From Chrysomallon squamiferum (taxonomy: Eukaryota; Animalia; Mollusca), in the NCBI GenBank assembly GCA_012295275.1, contig CM022667.1:22258001-22322000 (forward strand): a DNA stretch of 64,000 nucleotides, written 5' to 3'. Under the pieces are notes generated by a model. The model saw nothing but the letters and a program-made list of their open reading frames with translations. It was not told the origin of the DNA and made no database searches. Position 1 is the stretch's first letter; each line of letters starts with the position of its first letter. Shown piece after piece: positions 13,129-24,813 of the stretch. A program made the position numbers and the translations under genes.

Positions 13129-13621
13129 AAAATTACCAGTACTTTTATCATCCATAAAGAATTTAGATGTACATAAACTGATACTAATATGGAAACAAGA
13201 TGAGAGAATAAAAATGCCGGTGTCATACTGAAAAATGACAATCAATGAAAATATTTTACGTTTATTTAATTTTCCTTCCTCCCTTCTTTAATCTTTTTTT
13301 TTTTTTTTTTTTTTAATTTAATTACTTTTTATCATTATTATTTTAATGTTTAGTTTACTGACTTAAATTTTCCAGTTGAAAATATCAATGACAATAATAA
13401 CGAAAACCGGACTAAGATAAACCTAAAGATGGAATTTCTTTCTTCTTTTTCACACACACACACAAAATAAATGTTTTATTCAAATCGCATTCATGAAAAA
13501 AAATCTACGAATTTAAATGACGTTATACATAATTTCAAAGAAATTCGCTTACTTAATTAAATTATTTAGCCTGCTCCCTGTAAGATACGTCTAAGATTGT
13601 CCAGTTTTTTATTTCTATGTA

Positions 13622-13664
<43 letters not shown>

Positions 13665-14427
13665 TTTAATGGTATAATTTAAGTTAAACATTGCATTTAT
13701 GTTTAAATACTTTTTTAAAGTAGCAAAATTAATTCGTACATATGTGTCTAAATTAAACGCTATTGTCATGATTTTAGATCGAAACCGATATACGACGGAT
13801 GAGAAATTATCCTAAGCCTAATTAGAAATAACAATATACGGCAGACAAAAGACATTTTAATTTCTGTGTCATTGTTTTGTCGGGTAATTGTAATATAAAT
13901 GAAAGTTTGTTTTTTTCCCAGGCCGCTGTGTTTTATCTCATTTTAGATGTATTGGTTCGACGGTCTAGACGGGGCTTGATTGCCACTGAATGAGAAAACG
14001 TCAATATCAGTGTCATAGAGCCGAAAGGGTTTCACACAGGGGTTGGTGTGACAAGGTGACATTGACCTGTGAGCCTTCTTTTTGGAGTGCCCGACATTTT
14101 AAATGACTGATTCTGTTATTTTTGTGCACGTTATAAATCTAAGAACTAATCTAAGGGAAAAAGATGGATGTAGATTGTTTAAAATGGAGGGCTGGCTGAA
14201 CGGACTGATGAATGGATATATGTGTAAAAGGACAGTGAAATAATTATGACCATTTTTTTTTTTTTTAAATAGCACTCTGATCAAATAAGAGGATATTTGA
14301 ATTCGTACCTGCAGTCTGAGTCTTATAATAGATTTGTAGATCGACATACACTTGCAAACTAACAGACATATGTTCACGATGATGATGTTGATGATAATAA
14401 TAAATATAATTAAATACATAATCTTTT

Positions 14428-14486
14428 TATAATAATAATAATTAATAATAATAATAATAATTAATAATAATAATAATAATAATAAC

Positions 14487-14524
<38 letters not shown>

Positions 14525-14544
14525 TATAATTATTATTATTATTA
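14428..14544. repeat. (AAT)n tract followed by inverted (ATT)n
   Basis: Directly visible. Confidence 0.93.
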
Positions 14545-16765
14545 AAGAAAAAAATTATGTATTTAATTATATTTTTAAAAAAAGAAATAATAATTATATC
14601 TGACTTACATTTGTAATTTTATGACAGTGCACTTGAACTATCAGGATTTCTAGCATATTTTTACTTCATTTATTTTAAAATATGTAGAAAATATTCAAAT
14701 TAAATCTACTTACTCTGAGAAAATATTCAATAAAACATATCAAGATAATGTATTCTTAATATAGATACTTTTCCTACATAATGTGTTTTAATTATGTGCA
14801 ATAAAATTCGTTTTTCATTATCTGAACTATTTCGTAATCATTTATTTAAACCGATTATTTTTTATAAACATTTGTTCTTCTGTGTTGCTAATGTATTTCC
14901 AATATTTATTCATAACTAGGATGTGGTTCCAGCACCTGCCTACTGATCAATGAAAATGGTTATTTGAAAATTTGTTGAAATTAATCCATGTTGTATTTAC
15001 TCTTAGTGAAGCGTAGCATTTGAAAATGTCCATCTTTGTCCGATGGAAATATATATATATAAAGTTTAGGTCGTGGTAAACCTATTATGTATATTATATG
15101 CTTAACACGACCTTTGAATTATAATGAAAGCTCACCCGCTTTTCTTTTTGTCATAGTTTATGCATCATCATCATCATCATAAGAAGAAGAAGAAGAAGAA
15201 GAAGAAGAAAAGGAAGAGCATTGGTAATAAAAGTAGGATCACTCATAATGATACAACAACTATAATGAATAATTAAATGAACCTGTATATGTTATATGCA
15301 AATATAAATATTTGTATGCGCGATAGTATGCTGTATAAACAATAAAAACACTAGCTTAATGTACAAAATACTGGGACTTAATAGTAGTGGATAGCTAGAC
15401 TGTTCTTTCACTGGAAACTGTTAGGTCTGTAACATGAAACTTACAAACACGGCGAGGACATGATGGCCATGTTTTCTAAAAATCACTGCTGTTACAGCCA
15501 TTTCGGTACATTGACATGAAATAATCATTTGAAAAAAAAATTAAACATATTTTAGCCCTCATTATTCATGTGTGTTACAATAATTTAAATATCATTTTAC
15601 ATTGTTGGCACTAAGAATAGTAACGTGTAAGTGCATATATGTACACATTTATTAATAATAACATAAGTGTTTGTTTCTCTAAGCTTTTTGTCTGTTTTGT
15701 TTTTTGTTTTGTATTTTTTTCTTATTTTTGTGTATGTTTTTGAAGAATTAAGCACAAAACTATGCATAAAATCTCATTTATTTGTATTAACTTTATATAA
15801 GTAAAATGAATTGAGGCAAGAAAAGAAATGTAATAATATGTTTTAAATTAGTCTCGTTTCTACTGATTTATAATTAAGTCTATCTGTGCACACATATTCA
15901 GTGTCACACAAGCACTGAATCTCTCTCTCCCTCTCTACATATGTTGTTGTCTATGTTGTTTTCTGTGTGTCAATATAATAATATTTCATTTTTTTTCCAA
16001 TAAAACCGCGTTAAAAGATTACTTATTATCGACATTTTTAGGTAATATTTATCCCAAAATATCATGGTTATTATTATTTTTTCCTTTATTAATTATAATA
16101 TATCCTGTTCTTCTTCATTATTAATTATTACAATATATATTTGTTTGTTTTTCTTTCTTTCTTTATTTATTATATTGTTTTTAATTTTTGGACATTTGTC
16201 ATTTGTTTTATGTTGCATTTATAAATTTTCATTATTTTGTTATTTCAGATAAAAATAGACTGGAGTATTGCCATTTAATGTGAGCTATATGTTGCTTACA
16301 GAATATTATTGCATCGTTCATAATCAGCTCACTACAGTTGGTTTCCATACACAGTTATTACACCGTGACTGTTTCAGACTTTAAATAAAATTATTTGCTT
16401 GATAAAAATACATATAACTAACCTACATACAATAACAACTCCAGCAATGACTACAGCTCTGTCACTACTGATAGTATAATATCATTACTACTAGTACCGT
16501 TACTACAACTACCACTACTAATGCTACTGGTATTACTGTTACTACTACTGCTACTACCACTACTACTGTTCTTCTTCTTATTAATGTTAGTAGTAATAGC
16601 AGTGGTAGTGGTAGTGGCAGTGGCAGTAAAACTAGATTTAATACATCCCATTTTATTCGAGAATTACAGTTACAAAAAAATTAAATGTATTAACGTAGAC
16701 CATAATTTTTGACATTAAGTAATTTGTTATTCTTGTTGGTAAAACCGTTATTATTCTACTTTAAC

Positions 16766-16807
<42 letters not shown>

Positions 16808-17529
16808 TCGTTTAAAATACTCCAATCTTCAACCTTAACGGTATTGATCTGTCACCGTTATGCCATATATTTATTTATTTTTAACGATCGACACGAGGTA
16901 ACGGAACAGCCCAGGTAAAGAACAATGAAAACACAGCGTGTAACCTAAATCGTTATAAACAAAACCTATTAAATATACGGACGCTAGTTCAGAGCGTTCT
17001 GACCCAGACGTAAAGTCACATAGTGAAATACTGTCGTTTATAAATAGAAACAACTCCGTCTCTCGTTGCCGCGTTAGCGAGAATACAGTCATAATACGAC
17101 CTATGAGACGGGAAAATCCGCGGACATTTTATCTGTTAAACATGTAATATGATAACAGTAAAACGCAGCATGGACCAACACATGTTGCCAAACGTAATTT
17201 TATCATGAAATGTATATGGGTTGGGGGAGAAGGTTTATTTGTTTGAAATTACTGAAGTAGAGAATTCGCACAGTCATGCATAAACATAGCTTTTTAGAAT
17301 ATTACAATAATGTCAGTCGTGTGTCTGGATTTTCTCTCCCGTGATGTCTCGTTACACCGACATGTATACCGTGTGATATACTGAGATTAACATGGTGCAG
17401 AGATGACACACTGAACTGGATTCATTTCTATTTTATTGTTTATTAAATTAAATTTTATTATTTATTAATGATAAACTGTTGTTTTGGAATGTTAAAATTT
17501 AAAACTTTCTGTTTCTTTTCTTTTTTTTC

Positions 17530-17682
17530 AAAAGAATTAAAGACACAATAACAGTATGATGTCAGCCAAGTATTATTTTTATCTTTTCTTTTTATATTGT
17601 TTTAGACCCACCAAATATTATATAAGCATCTTTATTTAGTTATTTATTCAGATAATATTAGTAGTTTATAATTAGGAAAATT
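17530..17682 (+). repeat. ~155-bp dispersed direct repeat, copy 2
   Basis: Diverged copy of 12853-13010. Confidence 0.85.
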
Positions 17683-17864
17683 ATAATTAACAATAATAAA
17701 ACAACTTGGCAGAATTTGTTTAATAATAAATATTTAAAGATTATTATTATTAGTATTATTAATGTTACTGAAGTTGTGATTGTTATTGTTTTAATAATAT
17801 AACTAAACAAGATTTATTTTCTGTCTTCAGCCTTCTAATAATAATAATAATAATAATAATAATA

Positions 17865-18112
17865 CAGGTTGGGAATCCTTTATCTGGAATGACTAGGACT
17901 GGAACTTAATCTAAATAAGAATTCCATTTATATTTAATGTCCAGTTTATACAAATAATCTGCAGAATTATTAAAATAATAAAAAATTTTCTCATAATTTT
18001 GTGATAAAATAAAGACGGTGAATGCAAAACAGAAAACTTTAAGATATCACTATTTCTGCTGCTTGGAAAATGTTTCGGATTTTGGAATATTGGTTAAGGG
18101 ATCCTCAACTTG
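17865..18112. mobile_element. Tc1/mariner Tigger-type (MER46/Tigger4-like) MITE
   Basis: TA then CAGGTTGGGAATCCTTTATC ... GTTAAGGGATCCTCAACTTG imperfect TIRs; internal GTTTCGGATTTTGGA motif recalled from Tigger4-derived MITEs; right TA TSD decayed. Confidence 0.7.
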
Positions 18113-18266
18113 TTAAAATAATATTCAGAATAAGCTTGTTACATTTTTTTATTAGCAGAAAATGATTTCTACATGTAATTCCTATATTCATGAAAGAAAA
18201 CTTTACAGTCCTTGATTATTTCATTTGGCAATGGTGGTTACATATGGATACATTTTGTCATGACCT

Positions 18267-18309
<43 letters not shown>

Positions 18310-19216
18310 CTACTACTTCTTTTTGTCAATGTGATGTTGCATTTTCATCAACAACAAAATCTAATGCACAAACATTCTTAACTGACTGCAAGGTTAAATA
18401 ACTGTTCTTTTACTTTGTATCTTAAAAAAATTCTGTAATTTGCTCTGCAGAACTGATGAAAATAAATAAATAAATAAATAAAAACACAAAAGATGCATTT
18501 TTATATTATGTATTATAAACAAACACGCACGCATGGTCAACTCATCACACTGCTGATCCACACCATTTTACTTATAAAAACTATACATCAAAACAGAATA
18601 GTTTCTAAATAGCAACAATTTATTTGTATTTTAAAGGTCCAGTCTAGATGTTAAACATTAAAGAAGTAACTTTTAACATTATAAATGAAAATAACAAATA
18701 GTTTCATCATATCTTGCCACTATTTAAAGTGACTGAAGAATAAATAAATAAATACATGTATATATTAATTCTTAAAAAACCCATTTAAAAACAAAAAAGA
18801 TTTCTTCAGAATTGCTGTAGAAGATTTTTACAAGATGTGATGATAAAAGGTAACTAATCCATACCTGGTTACAAATTAGGAATATAATTATAATGAGCAG
18901 ACATGTAGCCTACAGACAAGTGAAATACAGTTACAAACAGAACTAAATGAACTGATATAAACTAAATGAATTATAGACAAGACTACAGTAATATTTAGTA
19001 ATAAATATACCCAGTTCTGCAACAAATAAAAAACCCAACAACAACAATTTTGTTTGATATACTGTCTAATAACAATTCTGTATATATATATATATTCTTA
19101 AGTTTCTTATTTCTTTATTCTATCTCTTTAAACCTGTATTAAATTACATTGATTAAAAGTACAATAACATTGAGACAGATCATAATAGACATAAAATAAA
19201 AATAAAACCTAATTTA

Positions 19217-19252
<36 letters not shown>

Positions 19253-22004
19253 CCATAGATATCTAGGCTGGTAGTAAGTAGAGACAGGATGAGTGAGAGA
19301 TAGCAAGAATGAATGAGAGACATTTTATATTAAAGCTGTTACTGTGATATTAATTAATCAAGGTTGATGAATGTACTTTAGTTATGCATTTTAACTCGTT
19401 TAAACAACGTTATTCAAGTCATCTGTAATGAAGATAATGTATAGATCAAATAAGATGTAGTCAGGAATATTATATACATAACAATGCATACATATTTACA
19501 ACCACAAATAAACACACACATACTGAGATAAACAAGTTTTTTTTTTTTCTAACAATTTATAAATAAATAAATAATTGTCACATTGATTTAACGAAGATCC
19601 GTCCATCACTTACAAAAAAGAAACAAAGGGGAGCTAACTCTTGTGACCCACAAATCTTTCATTCACTGAACTAGATAGAAATCATGGGATCTATAATGTT
19701 CGTTTGCTTTTATTGTCGTGTGCTTGATGTGCGCTTTGTCAACAACAGAACGGTCTCATGATGTAACCAATGTCCGGATAACTATGTCGGTGAATCGACT
19801 CGCTCCAGTGAAACTTCTAAAGTTTTATTTAAATTCTAGGAAAGCTGAGAAAGGCGTATAGTCATCCAAGTATAAATCTTACACCAGATGTCTGTTAAGA
19901 CATGTCGAATACAAACCCTTTCACTGCTCTGGCGGGTTGTCTAAAAAAAATCAAAAAAAAATCACTCATACACAAAACAAAAAGAATCGCCCTTAATAAA
20001 TTCAAAATATAAAATTCATGGTGAATATAAATTAAGGAATGATATGTGAAACAATATGACTATGAGTGGAAAGAAACAAATATCGAGGAATATATTTTGA
20101 GACTGAGAAATCAAGAAACGAGAATGCTGCTTGAGAATCTCAACGTCAGCAGAAAATATATTTTATAATATTTGCAATAATAATGAAGAAGAAGAAGAAA
20201 GAAGAAATAAATAAACGAAATCATTAATAACTGGAATGTGCTTCCTATTTAGTCATGGGCTATGAGAAGAGCGAATTCAGCCGGTACATTGTTTCAGGGC
20301 CCAAGAGCTAAGAAGGCCCCACAGCAACCATGCATTAATTGAATATGTTTGTTGCATTATGATATATCTGATCATGGATATAAAGCATTTAGGAGAGTCT
20401 ACATTGTTTACTGGATATCAAATCCTCAATTTTGAGTAAAAATATTCACAATGGTCTAAATATAAAAAATGTTTCCTAATTGAATATTCAAGAGATTTTA
20501 TATATATTTGTTGTTGCTATCTCAAGAAAAGTGCATATCCACAATGAATTTTTAAAGCATGGAATGTCAGCTTTACCTTATAACTGAAAATATCTTAAAA
20601 ATAAAATTTTACTAATTAAAATAAAATAAAATAAAATAAAATAAAATAAAATAAAATAAAATCATAATCCATAATGAATAAAATTTAGACTACAATCTGA
20701 TGGGTTTTTTTCTTTCTGCTGGGTATAAATATATCTTAAAACACGGTAGATTATGTAATACAATCTGGATTTCGTGATTCTAATGTATTCTTTAGTTGTT
20801 TATCATTTTGATTCTAACAAAATATAACAGTAAGGAAAAATAAATCTGCTATATGCTTTTGAGTAGGTTTCTGATAAACTAAACTAAAAACACTTGTTAA
20901 AAACAAAAACAAAAAATTATTTTATTTGTTACTGATTTTATTATTATTATTTTTTTATTCTTTTCTTTTTAAATATAATGTATTGTAAAAAGTGAACTGG
21001 GGGCTAAACAATGAATGAATCAAAGTAAATTATCTCTGACTTTACATACTAAATACCCATTATATTCTTATTTTTGTTTTTCTTTCATTTTATCAAATTA
21101 GTATTAGTGTAGCTTTTTGTAAAAGATTATTTGCAGTGCTGTTGTATCCATGTGATTATGATTTTTATATGTGAATGTGTATGTATGTATGTTACAAGTA
21201 TGGATATGTATAATTGTAAATAGTAATGAGAATAATACGAGGTAAATGTCTCCTCTACTTTTTGAATTGCAGGTCTCCCTATACTAGTGAAAAACAAGAA
21301 AGAAAGAAGACAAATCTGTTTCTAGTTCTTTCTAGTTTTGAATAACTTACAATAAAAAATACACATCATTGTTATATATTTTACAATAATAAAACCATAT
21401 TGATTACTTAAAGGAACTGATATTGCAATATGTACTAAATTTGGATATGTCAGTAAACAAATAAATAAAGTTTTTATCGTCATGATGATGTGAATAAATA
21501 GTTTAAGAAGATGATAGTTGAGGAGAATTATACAGGTTTACAGAGAGTTAGGAGCATTAGTATGCCAAGAATGATAACAGTAGCCTCTGCGCTCTGTAAA
21601 CATTATAGAAGATTGGGTTGAAGCATGCAAGGACAAATAATTATGGCTTCACAGGGTTTAGAAGATCACTGTCTGTATATGTGCATCTTACTGTATTCAT
21701 AATAATAACAATAACAACAACAGCAATGACATAACAATAATTTAACACATTCTTCTTCTTCTTTGATGAACTCTAATGAAGTAACTAGAAACAATAAAAA
21801 TGTATGTGTATGTGTGTAACGAGACAGTGAAATAATAAAATATTTATACAAAGATTGTAATTATATAACTATGTAATAATGAGAGTCATTTTTTAAATTC
21901 ATAAATACATTAATATTAACAGATAAAGGAGACATACTACTCATTATTTTATGTTAAAAGATTCATGGGCAACTTTCTGCAGTTATTCTCATCAGTCATT
22001 AGCA

Positions 22005-22097
22005 GTTGATATTTTGTTTTCACCTCTGCACAGACAGGATAACATGTATCAAGTTTTAGATAAACTTGTCGTAGGATGTTGACTGGAACGGGAGAAG
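22005..22097 (-). mobile_element. Possible decayed SINE body fragment
   Basis: CACAGACAGGATAACATGTATC...GTCGTAGGATGTTGACTGGAACGGGAG resembles, from memory only, the reverse complement of a gastropod tRNA-SINE core; not verifiable here. Confidence 0.3.
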
Positions 22098-22859
22098 AAT
22101 GATGATGTTGATGATGATGAAATCAAGAGAATACACTGTGAGTTAATATGACAGCAATACGTTATAAAAGAGATAAAATACTACATAATCAAGAGTTAAT
22201 CTTGTCACAGTTATAGAAATAATCAATTATTTTAAAGGACACTGGCAGATATTAATAAAGAACTATGAAATAATTAAGCTAAGATGTGAAAAATAAGCAA
22301 ACAATGTGGGTTCATTTAGTTAATACGAGGAAAATAGTTTTTTTTTTTTAGAGAAGACCTCTGTATCTTATTTATCCATAAAGCTGATGATTTTCCTTAC
22401 TGATGTGTTAACTGTCTAAGTTTTGGGAGCGGGTTGCAATTCACTGCTATCGCGTCATTAGTAGAATACTCAAGAGCACTGTAATTATTCCACTTTTCCT
22501 TACAATTAATGTCAGTTACTGGGGTATCGATGTCGACGTCTGTTTTTTCATTTTTCTGAGAATGTGCATATTCCAGCTAATCTAAATGTAGTGCATATTC
22601 ACACAAACACACACAACGTACGCACGCACTCTCACACACAAACACGTCCAAGAAATATGTATAACGTCTTTTATAATGTGTACATGTGTGTGCGTGGCTA
22701 GATGTACTGAGATTTCTCTTTTCTTACACATATCAGAATATTTTTTATTTAATTAGTGATATTAAATTATTACATGCAAAAACCTAATAATAATATTTTT
22801 GGGATAGACTAAACAAAAATGTTATTTACTAAGTTTACAATATTATTATTATTATTTCG

Positions 22860-23087
22860 TGTTGATGACGCACGAGGCCGATAGTAAACTTTTTTCGCTC
22901 TTTCTTGATCGGCTGGTTTCGAGATGCGCAGACAGCATAGCGCGCAGTCGACACTGGAACGGTGGATATATCTGGATTAACTGTAGACAACGTCCAAAGT
23001 GATAAACATCATTTATGAGATCCAAAGGACAATTTCAGATTTTATGCATTGTCCCCAGTTATTGGGTGTACATCTGTCCACATCGAT
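22860..23087 (+). promoter_or_regulatory. CpG-rich distal promoter / 5' UTR of the CUB-LDLa gene
   Basis: Dense CpG patch with TGACGC and TGCGCA/GCGCGC motifs just upstream of two strong GTAAGT donors (23113, 23271); CpG falls sharply downstream. Confidence 0.6.
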
Positions 23088-23112
23088 ATGTTATTTTGTT
23101 TTGGACTTTTTG
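23088..23112 (+). CDS. CUB-LDLa protein, distal first coding exon (MLFCFGLF-), signal peptide part 1
   Basis: First in-frame ATG after a TGA at 23016; 25 nt ending in phase 1 at G|GTAAGT, followed by a 125-nt intron ending TTTTCGTTTCCAG. Confidence 0.62.
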
Positions 23113-23237
23113 GTAAGTTCCCCAGAACGTGCTAGTGTCAAACAGTACCGTGATTTTCGCTATGTACTTCCGGTATCAAAATCCATGTTGATATTTTTAA
23201 AGATCGAAATTATTAATATATTTATTTTCGTTTCCAG

Positions 23238-23270
23238 CACTTTTATTGTATAACACAGTCGTCGCCAACG
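23238..23270 (+). CDS. CUB-LDLa protein, 33-nt microexon (-ALLLYNTVVAN-), signal peptide part 2
   Basis: Strong acceptor and G|GTAAGT donor, phase 1-1. Joins to give MLFCFGLFALLLYNTVVANA-ECSY, in frame with the CUB exon at 57103. Confidence 0.62.
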
Positions 23271-24529
23271 GTAAGTAGTTTAAAATACGAGTTTTCAGCA
23301 TAATATAACTTCATATAAAGCTTTATCATTTATCATGATAAATAAAACGAACTACTCATAACTCAACTACTGAACTAGCATTTCAAAGTAGTGTAGGCTA
23401 TATCATATATTTATGTTACTACTACTAGTATGTAATTATTTTGATAATTTTCAGAACACTAAATCATTTCCGTTATCATATATTATAATTAATGTTTATA
23501 CCTGCTATTTTTACTTTTTACTTTTTTATTGTCAATACATGCTGCTTTATATGTAAATTATTATTATGACCTGTCGAACGTCAGTAATATAGTTTTGAAA
23601 TTATTATTAACGCTTAAATTATAATTTATATGCACGTATTATCAATACATTCTACAGAGTTAATGAATTTTTAATATTATTATTATTTTATACATATATA
23701 TAAAGAATGAGAGAGAGAGCGCTTCAGATTAGTAATACTTTTTAAGCATAAATAGAATTATCATAAAAACAGGACAAATCTACCTAATGGATTTGCATTT
23801 TGTGTGAAAAATGTTATTTAATCATACTTAATTGCTGCCATTTGACCAATGTAAAGCTTGAATCATGATGTGTCTCTACTGACAGATTTATAGCTATAGT
23901 TTTTGTGGATGGCAGAAGAAACTTTACAGCAAAAATACAAACAAACAAAAAACAACAATAAACAAATATATATGTATAAATTGTGGTTTCAAGATGTTTG
24001 TAAATGTACACCTTTGTTATTAACTAATACCTCAGAGAGTGTAAAAAATAAATAAATGAAAAGCCCCTTAAACACAATTTAACTTGCAAATATGCAAATA
24101 TGCAAAATTTATTTCATATCACTAAGGGAGAAACTAATATTTCTTTTAAATAAAAAATAAAAGTCATATGGTTCTGTTTTGCAAGGTTATTATTAACATT
24201 ATAGTTGTGAACAGAAAAATAATTATATAAACATCATTGATGTACAAAAGAATTTACAAAAATATTGTTTAAAAAAGAATATGCTATTTCAGTTACACTT
24301 TCTTGTTAATAATCTGACTGGTAATTAATTAGAGATGAATAACCACTATTGTGAAAAAGATACAAGAGTAAATATAAAAGTTGGATTATTTAAATTAAAA
24401 GTGACACATATGATACCGACAATCCAAATATGTATTTATTTATAATTATACAATTTTTAAATGAAAACATTGGCAATAATCATAAAAGGAGAATTTATGT
24501 ATAGTTTTTATGAGATATTTGATCATATA

Positions 24530-24813
24530 GTGGGAAATTAAAAAAATAAATATAATAAATAAAACTACAACCCACTTAGACAACAAGATCTGAATAGAAA
24601 AAGTAAATTGAAATCCCTTTTGCAGCATTTTCAGACAAAAGTTATTTTCAGTCTGTCCACACTGATTTGATCATCTAATGGGAAACTAAAAAAAATAAAA
24701 AAAATAAATAAATAAAACTACAACCCACCGAGATTTGAATAGAAAAAGTAAATTGAAATCCATTTTGCAGTATATTCAGACAAGAATTATTTTTAATCTG
24801 TCCACACTGATTT
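24530..24813 (+). repeat. Tandem duplication, 2 copies of a ~140-150-bp unit
   Basis: AAATAAAACTACAACCCAC...TGAATAGAAAAAGTAAATTGAAATCC...TCTGTCCACACTGATTT occurs twice in succession. Confidence 0.9.

Noticed and set aside
19608-19945. Antisense exon ending at a minus-strand GTAAGT
   Set aside because: Weak exon-side context, no acceptor or ORF support.
22999-23253. 84-aa ORF over the distal promoter region
   Set aside because: It runs through a well-defined 125-nt intron and has no recognisable motif; another frame gives the signal peptide after splicing.
23185-23270. Single-exon signal peptide MLIFL-RSKLLIYLFSFPALLLYNTVVAN requiring a 1-nt deletion
   Set aside because: It needs an assumed sequencing error; the spliced two-exon model explains the same region without one.
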